This document shows positions 1 through 9,954 of a stretch of 38,690 bases of DNA, in pieces; positions within the stretch are counted from its first letter, which is position 1, and every line of letters starts with the position of its first letter. A program made the position numbers and the translations under genes. The DNA comes from a virus (lineage: Duplodnaviria > Caudoviricetes), in IMG/VR virus record IMGVR_UViG_3300030330_005710, positions 1 to 38,690 of that record; one strand, 5' to 3'. The notes beneath the pieces were generated by a model that made no database searches, was not told where the DNA came from, and saw nothing but the letters and a program-made list of their open reading frames with translations.

Positions 1-686
1 TAGGGCAGAGCCTTGCCACCTGGCTCCACTCGGTTGTCTCCAAACATCACGCCGATGTTGGTTTTCAATTGGTTGGTAAAGACCATAGCAATCTGTTCTT
101 TGCCGAGCGTCTCTGTGACTTTTCGCATACCCTTGGCTAGTGCCTTAGCTGTCAGACCAATACGACTGTTAGGGTCGTAATCTCCTTCAACTTCAGCTTT
201 GACTGGTGTGCCGGCAACACTATCCCATACGATACAAACCAAGCGGTCTGGGGCTTTTTCTCTTAGCCGACCGATCAGTCGCTCAATGGTCTCAAAAACT
301 TCTTCAATGGTGCCGGGCTGAACATACAAGAAATTGTTCTTGGTGTCAAGTCCCAACTGCTCCATGAAGTCTGGGGAGGCTGCGTTTTCTGTGTCAATAT
401 AAACAGCAACGCCTCCCATCTTTTGTGTGTTCGCCAAAATCTGTGTGACGATCAGACTCTTACCGCTGGCAGACTCACCAGCAATCGTGGTGAGCTTGCC
501 GACAGGGATACCCCCGTCTCGGCGGTTAGAAATAATATAATCTAACAGAGTTGATCCTGTTGAAATCCATGTCTTCACATCGGTGGGATTATCACCGTGC
601 AAATCATATGCGATGTTTTCTTTTGCTGCCTTGTTTAATTCGCTACGCAAATCACTTACAAGGCTATTTCCTGTTTTGTTTGCCAT
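1..686 (-). CDS. recA: RecA/UvsX-like recombinase (3' end outside window; not in ORF track)
   Basis: Manual translation from ATG at 686: MANKTGNSLV...WISTGSTLLD...GGIPVGKLTTIAGESASGKS (Walker A)...AVYIDTENA...CIVWDSVA (Walker B)...VFTNQLKTNIGVMFGD...PGGKALP; GGAG RBS at 692-695. Confidence 0.95.
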   Translation of the reverse strand, partial: MANKTGNSLVSDLRSELNKAAKENIAYDLHGDNPTDVKTWISTGSTLLDYIISNRRDGGIPVGKLTTIAGESASGKSLIVTQILANTQKMGGVAVYIDTENAASPDFMEQLGLDTKNNFLYVQPGTIEEVFETIERLIGRLREKAPDRLVCIVWDSVAGTPVKAEVEGDYDPNSRIGLTAKALAKGMRKVTETLGKEQIAMVFTNQLKTNIGVMFGDNRVEPGGKALP

Positions 687-702
687 TTTAACTCCATAAA
701 TG

Positions 703-729
703 GAGAGACACCTGTACCCCGTGCCTCCC
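703..729 (-). promoter_or_regulatory. 9-bp RNA hairpin between ssb stop and recA RBS
   Basis: Minus strand GGGAGGCAC-ggggtacag-GTGTCTCTC pairs fully with two G-U wobbles; no U-tract follows. Confidence 0.45.
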
Positions 730-747
730 TGCGGGTTTGGCGGTCAA

Positions 748-1533
748 CTACGCCAAGAGGTCATCAAATGCTGACTCGATATCACTAACACCTTCCATGC
801 CCTTATTGGTAGGAGGCGCAGTGTTGTTGTAGCGAGTTGTTTCCTTACCACTATCGCTGACAGAATCAAGCATAGCCTCACCTAAAGTTTCGTTGAGGAC
901 CTTCTCGCACTCATCATAAGAAGCAACTGAAAATACTTCATCAGCCGTCTTGATGCTTTCCAGAAGAGTGTTGACTTCTTCTTCTGTCTTCGCCAGAGCC
1001 GAGGTGCGACGCATTGGGCGGACATCAGTCGTCGGGAAGGACTGACCAGATTTCTTACCATAATCAATACGGATGTCAGTGCCCTTCTCGGTGTCGGTGA
1101 TGTCCCCATACTCGGGATCAAGAACTACATCAAGTAGTGCTTGGTAGGTTGTGCGGGAAAAGCCCCACCAGCGGACTCCCTTATCTTCTTCGCCCCGAAC
1201 AACGATAGGGGCAAAGACACGCATCTTAGGCCAGAAGCGCTTTGCTGCTTCCTTGGAGCCATCAGTGCCCTCGTTCCAAAGGCGGGTTCCCCACTCTGCG
1301 ATAGGATCGTCACCTCCGTTAGTGCGTGGACTAAGGACTGTAGTCTTACCTTCAGAGCCCATGCCGTAGTGGTAATAAGCCTCAAAGAAAGGGTCGCCGT
1401 CTGGCGGACAGACCAAGCGAATTTGGTGTGTACCTTCTTCAGGCTTCCAAAAGTTATCCGAGGAATCGCTGCCGCCTCGTCCCGTCGTAAGAGCGGCGTG
1501 CTTTTGCCGCATCTTTGCAAGATCAATACCCAT
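748..1533 (-). CDS. Single-stranded DNA-binding protein, T4 gp32-like
   Basis: FWKPEEG..IRLV..DGDPFFEAYYHY, YGDITD.EKGTDI, acidic C-terminus DIESAFDDLLA; next to recA; AAGGAG RBS. Confidence 0.85.
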   Translation of the reverse strand: MGIDLAKMRQKHAALTTGRGGSDSSDNFWKPEEGTHQIRLVCPPDGDPFFEAYYHYGMGSEGKTTVLSPRTNGGDDPIAEWGTRLWNEGTDGSKEAAKRFWPKMRVFAPIVVRGEEDKGVRWWGFSRTTYQALLDVVLDPEYGDITDTEKGTDIRIDYGKKSGQSFPTTDVRPMRRTSALAKTEEEVNTLLESIKTADEVFSVASYDECEKVLNETLGEAMLDSVSDSGKETTRYNNTAPPTNKGMEGVSDIESAFDDLLA

Positions 1534-1568
1534 TGTATTCTCCTTTACTGGTTAGTTGACCGTGATCT

Positions 1569-1596
1569 ACTATACCACACTAGGAGAACTTGTATA
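1569..1596 (-). promoter_or_regulatory. Candidate sigma70-type promoter for ssb-recA
   Basis: Minus strand TATACA-16 nt-TATAGT with extended -10 (TGG TATAGT), 35 nt upstream of the ssb ATG. Confidence 0.4.
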
Positions 1597-1597
1597 G

Positions 1598-2038
1598 TTA
1601 ATTTTCCTCTGGTGCGTCCTCTATTTTAAAAATCTTTACAACTTCAATAGGGTACACCTGAAGTTTTTTTCCAACTGTTAAAAGTAAACAGTTTTCATAC
1701 TCAGACCAATCTAATTTTAAATGTTTGCCAGTCTCGCCGTCGTGCTGTAATGCCACTGCTGCATTGAGTGCGTTTATAGTATAAAGCGTATTTGTCTGTT
1801 TTTTACGGTGAACTCGCATGGTGTGCAGTCTTGGATTAACCTTAGTGTTAGACGAACTAGCAACGCTATAAGTTATAATTTTTCTTTCTGGGCTTTCTTT
1901 GTTAGCTAAAAGAAAAATATACGAATTAGTTAGCTCTAATTTTTCAGCAATCCACTGAACCTCTTCTCCAATAAGCTCGTTGTCTTCTGTCGTAATAAAC
2001 GAGGCAAGAAGAGCGCCCCTCTTAAATCTTGAATTCAT
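1598..2038 (-). CDS. Hypothetical protein (HRKKQTNTLYTINALN segment)
   Basis: 146-aa ORF filling the gap in the gene-dense strand; no family recognised. Confidence 0.75.
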   Translation of the reverse strand: MNSRFKRGALLASFITTEDNELIGEEVQWIAEKLELTNSYIFLLANKESPERKIITYSVASSSNTKVNPRLHTMRVHRKKQTNTLYTINALNAAVALQHDGETGKHLKLDWSEYENCLLLTVGKKLQVYPIEVVKIFKIEDAPEEN

Positions 2039-2079
2039 ATGTATTCTGGTACCTTTTTATTGTCCAGCAGTATATAGTT

Positions 2080-2937
2080 TCAAGCAAAGGCAAATTTTTG
2101 TATTTTGCTAGAATAAGCAGCACAAGCGACAAAGGGATCATCAAGCGTGACCGGATATACAGAAAACCCTACACTCATTGAGTCATTTGTTTTATAGTCT
2201 TTTACTTGTTGCTTTATTTTTTGCATGACTTTACCATCATCTTCAATTGTTTGAGCAGGAAGACCATAGTAAAAATGAACATCTGAAATATCTTGCAGAG
2301 GGAACAACAAACTGACAGGCGCATTATTATCTAAAGAACAAACTCCAAAGGTTGCTATTCGACAAATATTTCTAACTAACAACTTGTTAGATACTATTGG
2401 ATCTGTGTGGTTAAAGTAGTTAATCATTGCCAAAACATAAGAGACAAAGTATGACATACTCTTTTCATATTCCTGGATTGATACATCCCCTATGAGCGTC
2501 TCAACCGAAGATTTGTTAAGCAAGTAAACACCATTTATTGCCCCACTACGGGCGTACTCTTGGATTATATTAAAACAAATCTTATCATCTCTTTTTTGTG
2601 TCTCAGAACTTATGTTTCTATCTGGACAAACATAAAGCACAGAAACTTTTGCGTCTCTTATTGTTGATATTAGCCGAAGAAGTGCTCCAGAAATCGTTTC
2701 TCCACCCTCTGTCACAATCAGAACTTCATCATTAGGTTTAATTGACCTGAGGTAAACTTCGATTTCTTGAACATCAATATTATTTTCGTACTCTTCCATG
2801 CTATTGTGAATTCCAATAGAAAGAGAGCCTCTCTCCGAAATCTGTGAGTCTATTTTATAGACTCGATACTCAGGGTAAGAGGTTAATTGTTCCGCTATGG
2901 AGCAGCCAAATTTTCCGAGACCTATAACTTTATCCAA
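2080..2937 (-). CDS. Divergent tubulin/FtsZ-like protein with degenerate GTPase motifs
   Basis: N-terminal VIGLGKFGCSIA (T1 loop), YKID, TEGGETISGA where the GGGTGSG signature is expected; 285 aa. Confidence 0.6.
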   Translation of the reverse strand: MDKVIGLGKFGCSIAEQLTSYPEYRVYKIDSQISERGSLSIGIHNSMEEYENNIDVQEIEVYLRSIKPNDEVLIVTEGGETISGALLRLISTIRDAKVSVLYVCPDRNISSETQKRDDKICFNIIQEYARSGAINGVYLLNKSSVETLIGDVSIQEYEKSMSYFVSYVLAMINYFNHTDPIVSNKLLVRNICRIATFGVCSLDNNAPVSLLFPLQDISDVHFYYGLPAQTIEDDGKVMQKIKQQVKDYKTNDSMSVGFSVYPVTLDDPFVACAAYSSKIQKFAFA

Positions 2938-4150
2938 TTTTTTCTCGCATCATACTACCCAAAGAATATCCTATCTTAGTATTTATCATGAACTTTCCAA
3001 AATTTGTTGACGCCATTAATTTTTTAACTAATGGTAAGAGATGTTTGTCATCTTTTTTAACATCTAATACAATAGCGTCGTGTATCAAAAACGCTATTCT
3101 AGACCCAGTGCCCTTGTTTCTTAGTAGATAATCAATCTTAAGCGCCTGTTTTAGAGTTAACTCAGCCGTTGTTGATTGCACTAAATAATTGAGTGCTAGT
3201 CGAGGGGCAACATCTTTAATCACTTTGCCATAGGGTGTGGTCACAGTTGAGTTTGTGTAATATTTTTCAAGTATCTTAATGCGATCATAAAAATTTTCCA
3301 ACTTAACTCCCTCGGCTGAGTTTGACATTTTTTTCGAACCATAAAGCCAAGAAAAGAATAAAATCTTAGATTGTTCTCTGGTAACATTGCCGCCAAAAAC
3401 ATTGCTTAGGTGAAACTCATGAACATCATTAAGCGGCTGCTCAGAACCAAGCATTCCTAAAAGAGTTCTAACCTCTGCTCCATTGTAATCTAACTCAACA
3501 AAATAATCGTTCGTTGGTTTAATAGCTGTTCGCAAAGATTTGTTAAGGGTTAAAATTGGGAAAGAGTTTTTACGAGTTGTAAGCCTTCCCGTTACGGTTC
3601 CGAATTGATTATACCTAACATAGGGAGAACCAGTAAGGATAGATTTTACAGAATTTTCAAGCTTCTTATTAGCGATAAAAGACGACACTTTTCGCTTGTC
3701 AATGTTTATCTTATGACAAGATATGTCGCCAAGTAACATTGAGACATGTTTGTAGAATTCATATCTTGTTGGTCTTGGCAGCGTGTCAAAGATATGTTTT
3801 GTGACACTATTCTTAACCTCACAAAAATCCTTGAGAAACCTATGCGGGACAAGATCAAAAAAACAGTTTTCATCTTGATTAACTTTTGATATTTCTAAAC
3901 TTCTTTTAAATGCCAATATCTTTTGAGAAACATCATTCCAGTCATCTTGCAGGAACTCTGGTATGTTGTCCGACAATGGCTTACCCTCTAAATACAAGGA
4001 GGCATAATCAACATCAAAATCTCTTAAATACGGTGAGTAACTCCATGTACCGCTAAGCTCTTGAGGAAAATTGTTTGAATCAAATAGTAATTGGTTATTA
4101 AAATAAATACCAACGCACTCTGCTTTGTCGTCTAAAGTTTGAAATAACAT
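2930..4150 (-). CDS. Family A DNA polymerase, compact form (polymerase domain only)
   Basis: TVTGRLTT, motif A ELDYNGAEVRTL, motif B REQSKILFFSWLYG, LNYLVQSTTAE, motif C LIHDAIVLD; no exonuclease motifs recognised. Confidence 0.85.
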   Translation of the reverse strand: MLFQTLDDKAECVGIYFNNQLLFDSNNFPQELSGTWSYSPYLRDFDVDYASLYLEGKPLSDNIPEFLQDDWNDVSQKILAFKRSLEISKVNQDENCFFDLVPHRFLKDFCEVKNSVTKHIFDTLPRPTRYEFYKHVSMLLGDISCHKINIDKRKVSSFIANKKLENSVKSILTGSPYVRYNQFGTVTGRLTTRKNSFPILTLNKSLRTAIKPTNDYFVELDYNGAEVRTLLGMLGSEQPLNDVHEFHLSNVFGGNVTREQSKILFFSWLYGSKKMSNSAEGVKLENFYDRIKILEKYYTNSTVTTPYGKVIKDVAPRLALNYLVQSTTAELTLKQALKIDYLLRNKGTGSRIAFLIHDAIVLDVKKDDKHLLPLVKKLMASTNFGKFMINTKIGYSLGSMMREKIG

Positions 4151-4157
4151 ATATAAC

Positions 4158-5588
4158 CTATGATATAATATTAGTATTAAATATGCTTGTTGTTAACCTT
4201 CCAATAAATTTTTGGTTAATGTAACCAAGGGTACGCAAGTATCTCCCTGGGTTTGACCGGTCAGGCATAAAGTCATAAAAGTTAAAAATATCCCGCAAGT
4301 CTCTAATTTGGTTTTTTCTTGTCTCAGTGATCCCACGCTCCCTACGCCGAAGAATATAAGTCGCCTTTAGGCTCCACTTATCGCCATACAAAGATAAAAT
4401 CTTTGGGTCAATAAAATCCCTAAAAATTGTTGATGGTTTATCACAGCGATCTAAAGTTTCGGCAGGGACTAACAAACTTGTATTAGCGGCAACATATCTA
4501 TTGTAAAAGTCATAAAGATAAACTTTTAATAAATCTAAATCGTTTTGCGTTGTCTCCAAAAATGACGCAGCAAACATGCCATTAAATGCTGCCCCGGCTG
4601 AAAACGCTGACCCTATCAGTCTTTGATAGTGTGGATAACCTGGAGCACGCCTAATTACATCCTCAAACCCTGGAATGCTAGAATACCCAAATCGAGGTGA
4701 GGATGCTCTATTCTTTGGTATGTTGACACCCTCTTCGCATTCACCGCCTGAAGGCGGAGGTAAAGATCCATTTTCCATGATAATTCCTAACATATACTCT
4801 TGCGCTGCTTGAGAGCCTGGGTCCATGACAAATCTCCACGGAGCGTTTTTGTCGATAGAAAAGCCGTAATAAGTTGCCAACTTTGCAATCAAGGGAAAAT
4901 TTTCATCATACAAAAATCTAATTTCTTTTCTTAAGTCTTCATCATGCCTATCAGTAGAAATCTCAACCACCAAACCAGTATTAAGAGGAGTGTAATACAT
5001 ACTTTCTACGAACCCAGATAAGGTTAGTGGCCCAGCTTTTTCGATTATTGATTCAGAAAACTCATCAAATAGTTTTAAAAAAGTGTTAAAGTTTGTAAAG
5101 CGCTTTTGTCGTCCCATAGAACTCATAAAAATATTTTGAAACGCTGGGTATAAATCCTCAACCATATAATTGTGGTACTCCACATACACATCACTCCAGC
5201 CTCTGCTAACTTTCATATCTGCATAAGGTCCCGAATTATAAAAAGTATTATTTCCAATTTCTAAATTAACCCTGTCGCAAAAATCTCGCCAAGCGTCAGC
5301 TACAAAATCTAATGCATAAAATGGCTGATTCGGATCAGAGTTTTTTAATTGCTTTAATCTAGTCTCTACAACTATGGTTGGATTACCAAGCGTATTTATT
5401 TTCCCAAAAAATTTGTCTTTACCCCAAAAGTTAAAAGCACGACCGACCCCAAGATCAGAGGCTGCGGGGAAAATAAAATTAGCATATTTTTGTCGGTCCT
5501 TAAAAACTTCTCTAGCATCCGAACTGTTGTCGGCATAAGAATATCTTAAGCCGTATAAATTTGGGTCTACTTTCTTTGGTTGCACCAT
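4158..5588 (-). CDS. Hypothetical protein (end of baseplate gene run)
   Basis: 476-aa ORF tightly packed between neighbours; no motif recognised. Confidence 0.75.
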   Translation of the reverse strand: MVQPKKVDPNLYGLRYSYADNSSDAREVFKDRQKYANFIFPAASDLGVGRAFNFWGKDKFFGKINTLGNPTIVVETRLKQLKNSDPNQPFYALDFVADAWRDFCDRVNLEIGNNTFYNSGPYADMKVSRGWSDVYVEYHNYMVEDLYPAFQNIFMSSMGRQKRFTNFNTFLKLFDEFSESIIEKAGPLTLSGFVESMYYTPLNTGLVVEISTDRHDEDLRKEIRFLYDENFPLIAKLATYYGFSIDKNAPWRFVMDPGSQAAQEYMLGIIMENGSLPPPSGGECEEGVNIPKNRASSPRFGYSSIPGFEDVIRRAPGYPHYQRLIGSAFSAGAAFNGMFAASFLETTQNDLDLLKVYLYDFYNRYVAANTSLLVPAETLDRCDKPSTIFRDFIDPKILSLYGDKWSLKATYILRRRERGITETRKNQIRDLRDIFNFYDFMPDRSNPGRYLRTLGYINQKFIGRLTTSIFNTNIIS

Positions 5589-5589
5589 T

Positions 5590-8500
5590 TTATAATCCGT
5601 CCCTATTTCCAGAGGAAACCCACTTACAACTTAATACAGTTTCAAAAGTCCCTCCCTCTATTCTATGAGATGACCTAACAACACTGTAGTATCCTCCAAT
5701 ACCCAAAGTTGTCGATATTTCTCTACCAAAACCAACATCAGCGTCAATGTATATTGTCGATCCATTAGGAAAAAACTGGTTTCCAACCAAAGTCAAGTCA
5801 AAATTTTGTGGCACAACAAGAAAACCATCAGGCTGATTGCTTTTTTCAACCTGCATTGCACGGTGAAATCTTGTCAAATTCATATCTGATGTGGCAAAAG
5901 ATTTGACGATTCCCCTGTCTGTACCTATTTTCAAATGATAGATGCCATTTTTCAAATCCTCAGATTCATTACCTCTTCTTTTTTGATAAGTCACGGTCCT
6001 AGGAGATAACACTAAATATTTATTTTTTGCTAGATTAGATTGTTCTCTTGCAAAAGCAAGCCTTCTCAATTCATTAAGGTCAACTATTGATCCAGGGTCA
6101 AGCTCTACTCCAGAAAATATTGGTGTTGAAACAAAGATAGGTGAGGATTTCACACCCTGGCTCTTAGCAAATTCTCTAAACATTGGAGCTAGTAATTTTC
6201 TCTGTAAAGAATCTAAAAATTCTTTCAAAGAAATAGAATCTCGTTGTGGAGCCACTACAGTCTCTATAAAAAATTGACCAAAATATTCAATTGAAATAGG
6301 TAAGTCAGACAACATAAAAACATCCTCCTCCTGAAAACCTATAAATCCATATTCCACTGGTCTGAAACAACCAAGAATAACTTTGTAAAAATCATCATTA
6401 TTTTTTTCTTGGTTGTTTATGTTTTGTAAAACTGTGTCAAGTATATCGCCTAACCTTATGTAATAAAGATTTCTTGAGCCATAATCTAGATCAAAATCAC
6501 TTATTGATGCTGTTGTTGGGTCTAATAAAAGAGCAGGATTTTGACCAGTCCTAAAGGCCGTAGCAAGGGCATCTTGTATTCTTCTTCTCCTAGCAGACTT
6601 ACTCTCTGATTTTGTTTTGGGTTGTTTCTTAGTAAAAACAATATCGTAATTATTTCTAGTTACCCCATGAGTAGCATCACTATAGTTACCTGAGACAACT
6701 TTTCCATAAGCGTTCTCAGGCAGTGCATCAGTTCTGGGTATTATTCTTCCGTAATATATCTTCTTTTCTTTAAGTAGAGTGTTGAGTATGGAGGCATATT
6801 TTGGCTCTCTAATTTGTTCGCTTATATTGTTAAGTGCTGTTTGTGCCACTGAGCGCCAATTTAAAATATCCTTGATGATCCCTTGAAGCCGTGCTGCTTC
6901 GTTTCCTCCTTGCTGGTCTGGAGATATCATCGCAGCTTTTTCATTAAATGTTCTTAGGAGCACATCTAGTGTTCTAAGTTCATATTCAACCCCAGTTTTA
7001 GCTAAAGCGATACTCGGTAAAACATTTTTAAGTTCATAATTCGGAGATGGCATTTCTGGTGTTGATTGATATTTAAGAATTGATTTTCTTTTGATGTAGC
7101 CGCTGGGCCAAGCGGCGGCTGAGTAAGTAACCGCATCAAGTCTTGATATCTCAGGATTAATAGAGTCCTCGGGTAATGGCGCAACGATGTTCGGTATTAA
7201 AAATTCCATCAAATCAACATCTAGATCTGCCTTGGTGGTGCTTAAAACATCTGATCTCGAAAGCTGATCTAGGGCATTACCTATCGACCCAATATATTTA
7301 AGATTCAAGGTTAATTGTCCGTTTGTATTGTACTCTATGTCGTGGCCACTAAGATTGAGTTTAATTTCTCTTTGGGTGCTTCTAATTGTATCTTTAAAAT
7401 TCTTAGATACATTTGAAGGCATCTTGCCTTCCGGGACTGCCCACCCAACTCTAACATATAATCCCAATGATGGTCTTGAAGTCATTGATCCTTTGCTGGC
7501 TCTAGCCGAATCTATAACAAAAGCGTCGTCCTTACCTTCTGTCGGGGGGTTTAAACCAGTGTCTCGAAGTTTTGCCGTCCGTTTCTGTATTATGTCGATA
7601 GTTTTCTCGACTCTTTTAGCTTTATCCACACTTTTAAACCTATTGCCTTTAATTATTGGAGCATTCATGTTTGGTTCACCAGTGGTGTACAAAAAAGCCC
7701 TATAATCATCGTTCATTAGATCAAGAGCAGAGCCGAAAAATAAAGATAAATTTGCTTTGACAGCAAAATCACCCTCATGTTGATGGTCGAAGTTCCAGGT
7801 AAAACTTTTAACGCCAGCGTCAGTACCATGGGTTGATCTATTCCTTAGCATATCCTTGATCGCCGAACTACTTCTTGCTTTAGCTATGGCTTTTAATTGG
7901 TAGTCATGCACATGATCTGGAAATTCAATCTTTCTTCTTTTGCCAGTTTTATCTCCAATAAAAAAAGTTAACTTAGGCACCAAAGTAGATAGCTCTGAGT
8001 TACTAGCGTTTAAAAAAGGTTTTAATCCTTTCAAAGGGTTATTAACTAGAGGAATTACTGCCTCTGGTTCTCCATAATAACTTATTAGATTTTCAAAACG
8101 TAAATTTTTCGCAATCGGATTGTCAAATTGCCCTGTTTTTTGATACCATGTAAGTGCTGCAACTGGTAATATGTTTCTTATGTTCCTAAGCAATAGAATT
8201 TGAGAATCTAAAATTCTAACTGCGGCATCTCTAGCTGGATCTCCTTGTTTTTTTGTTTTAGCAGTTGCTCTAGCTCCAGACATAACTCTTGACGCTGATC
8301 TGACTGGTTCAAGCTCTTGCCCACCAGCTTTTTGTTTTTGTCTGGCTTCAACAAGTCGCTTTGCTACAAATTTTGCGTGCTCAACACTTATAAAATCACA
8401 AATATTGTTGTAAGATACCGTGTTAAAATAAGAAAAACGAATAATAGTTGAGCGGTTATCAGCAGATAGATTAGCAAAGTCATCTTGATTAGGGGGGTCA

Positions 8501-9594
8501 GAAGCTCGTCCAAAGGCGCTTGGTAGTCTTAGTGATGCCAAAGCTGGTCCGGTCGCAGCAGGAGGGTTGTCGCCGGCTGATTCAGGATAATAACTAATTA
8601 AAGTATTCACGGTTATTGTCCTTGAAGAGACATCAACCCTGTTTCTATGAAATTTTGTTTTGTCGCCAGAAAAAATGCCTTTACTGTTAAGCCTATTGGC
8701 AAATATATCCTGCCTAGTATCAACTGGCAGACTAGTGACGGTCTCACCAAATAATGATTTTTGTTCATCAACAGTCAAAAGAGAGTCAACTGTTATTTTT
8801 TCATCGAAATAGCCTACAAAATTTCCCATTAAATTTAAACCGTATGGCTGTTGACTTAATTCATCATTTGCATTATCGGAGGCATAATGAAAAGGATCAT
8901 AGGCAGCACATAATCCATAATTTTTCTTGAGCCGCAGTGTTGCCTCAGAAAAAGACATGCCATTCCCTTTTTTACGATCTGAGGGTAGTTGGTTATCAAT
9001 ACCATAAAGAAGCTCATTGTTTGATCTTGGTGTTGGCGGAGCGGGTCCAGCAACACCAGAGGCGTCAAACTCTGCCTGAAGCTCTGCATCTCTTTCTGCT
9101 TGTCCAGCGGACGTCTCGGAATAATTTTCCATTTCTTCCACCAGTACTTCAATAGCTCTCCTTCCATCAATCCTTGTCTCAAATAATTTTTTAAGACCAG
9201 CGTTGGTGCCGAGGAACTCAAGCTCGCCTAAAAGATTATCCTCTTCCAATCGCTCCAGAGCCCCTCGAATAATATAAGTTAGTTCCACACTCTCTCTAAT
9301 AAGCACTGGGATAAGAAATTGCTCGCCCTCTCCAGGAAGAGTTTTTAGGGTCGATTTACTAATATCTTCGAATATTTGTGTTTTTGAAACACCTAATTGT
9401 TCGGCGTCTTGTTTTATACCTTTTTCAAATCCTAAGTTGGTTAGCCACGCATCTTCCGTCGCATACCAAGTAGCGATTGAACCAACAGTTGGTCTTGTGT
9501 CGCCAGGAGGACGAATAGTCAGGGCAGTCCAGCCCCCGTCAGCAACGCCAGGAATATCTACCCAAGGAAATGTATCAAAATAAAATTTTGACAT
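5590..9594 (-). CDS. Large baseplate hub-like protein (gp27/gpD/VgrG-like C-terminus)
   Basis: 1334 aa; C-terminal DLTLVGNQFFPNGSTIYID...GGYYSVVRSSHRIEGGTFETVLSC resembles hub-protein C-termini; follows TMP, tube initiators and LysM protein. Confidence 0.55.
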   Translation of the reverse strand: MSKFYFDTFPWVDIPGVADGGWTALTIRPPGDTRPTVGSIATWYATEDAWLTNLGFEKGIKQDAEQLGVSKTQIFEDISKSTLKTLPGEGEQFLIPVLIRESVELTYIIRGALERLEEDNLLGELEFLGTNAGLKKLFETRIDGRRAIEVLVEEMENYSETSAGQAERDAELQAEFDASGVAGPAPPTPRSNNELLYGIDNQLPSDRKKGNGMSFSEATLRLKKNYGLCAAYDPFHYASDNANDELSQQPYGLNLMGNFVGYFDEKITVDSLLTVDEQKSLFGETVTSLPVDTRQDIFANRLNSKGIFSGDKTKFHRNRVDVSSRTITVNTLISYYPESAGDNPPAATGPALASLRLPSAFGRASDPPNQDDFANLSADNRSTIIRFSYFNTVSYNNICDFISVEHAKFVAKRLVEARQKQKAGGQELEPVRSASRVMSGARATAKTKKQGDPARDAAVRILDSQILLLRNIRNILPVAALTWYQKTGQFDNPIAKNLRFENLISYYGEPEAVIPLVNNPLKGLKPFLNASNSELSTLVPKLTFFIGDKTGKRRKIEFPDHVHDYQLKAIAKARSSSAIKDMLRNRSTHGTDAGVKSFTWNFDHQHEGDFAVKANLSLFFGSALDLMNDDYRAFLYTTGEPNMNAPIIKGNRFKSVDKAKRVEKTIDIIQKRTAKLRDTGLNPPTEGKDDAFVIDSARASKGSMTSRPSLGLYVRVGWAVPEGKMPSNVSKNFKDTIRSTQREIKLNLSGHDIEYNTNGQLTLNLKYIGSIGNALDQLSRSDVLSTTKADLDVDLMEFLIPNIVAPLPEDSINPEISRLDAVTYSAAAWPSGYIKRKSILKYQSTPEMPSPNYELKNVLPSIALAKTGVEYELRTLDVLLRTFNEKAAMISPDQQGGNEAARLQGIIKDILNWRSVAQTALNNISEQIREPKYASILNTLLKEKKIYYGRIIPRTDALPENAYGKVVSGNYSDATHGVTRNNYDIVFTKKQPKTKSESKSARRRRIQDALATAFRTGQNPALLLDPTTASISDFDLDYGSRNLYYIRLGDILDTVLQNINNQEKNNDDFYKVILGCFRPVEYGFIGFQEEDVFMLSDLPISIEYFGQFFIETVVAPQRDSISLKEFLDSLQRKLLAPMFREFAKSQGVKSSPIFVSTPIFSGVELDPGSIVDLNELRRLAFAREQSNLAKNKYLVLSPRTVTYQKRRGNESEDLKNGIYHLKIGTDRGIVKSFATSDMNLTRFHRAMQVEKSNQPDGFLVVPQNFDLTLVGNQFFPNGSTIYIDADVGFGREISTTLGIGGYYSVVRSSHRIEGGTFETVLSCKWVSSGNRDGL

Positions 9595-9597
9595 AAA

Positions 9598-9939
9598 TTA
9601 TACTCCGAAATGCTCCAGGATTTCTTCAAGTGGTAAAGGTATGTAAACAATCTCACCTATTTTAAAATCTGCTTCAGTTGGCTTTTTGTTGTATAAAGCA
9701 ATAACCCACCAATAAGTTGGGTTGCCGTAGTGCTGTGCTGCTAGATTATATAATTTTGAGGTCGCTCCCCATCTAATTTTAATATTTTCTAATTCAGCTA
9801 TTTGATCTGTTGTTGGAAATAAAAACTCTGCGGTATCATATTGCACTGCCCGGTTGATATCACGATCATTAAAGAACTTCTTTTTATATTCTTCGTTGTC
9901 GTTAAATATAAGACCCCTTCCTCCGTATCTTGATGCCAT
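9598..9939 (-). CDS. Baseplate LysM-like / gp53 / P2 gpX-like protein
   Basis: LYNLAAQHYGNPTYWWVIALYN...GEIVYIP pattern; position in the baseplate cluster. Confidence 0.75.
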   Translation of the reverse strand: MASRYGGRGLIFNDNEEYKKKFFNDRDINRAVQYDTAEFLFPTTDQIAELENIKIRWGATSKLYNLAAQHYGNPTYWWVIALYNKKPTEADFKIGEIVYIPLPLEEILEHFGV

Positions 9940-9954
9940 TTAATTTCCCTCTTC

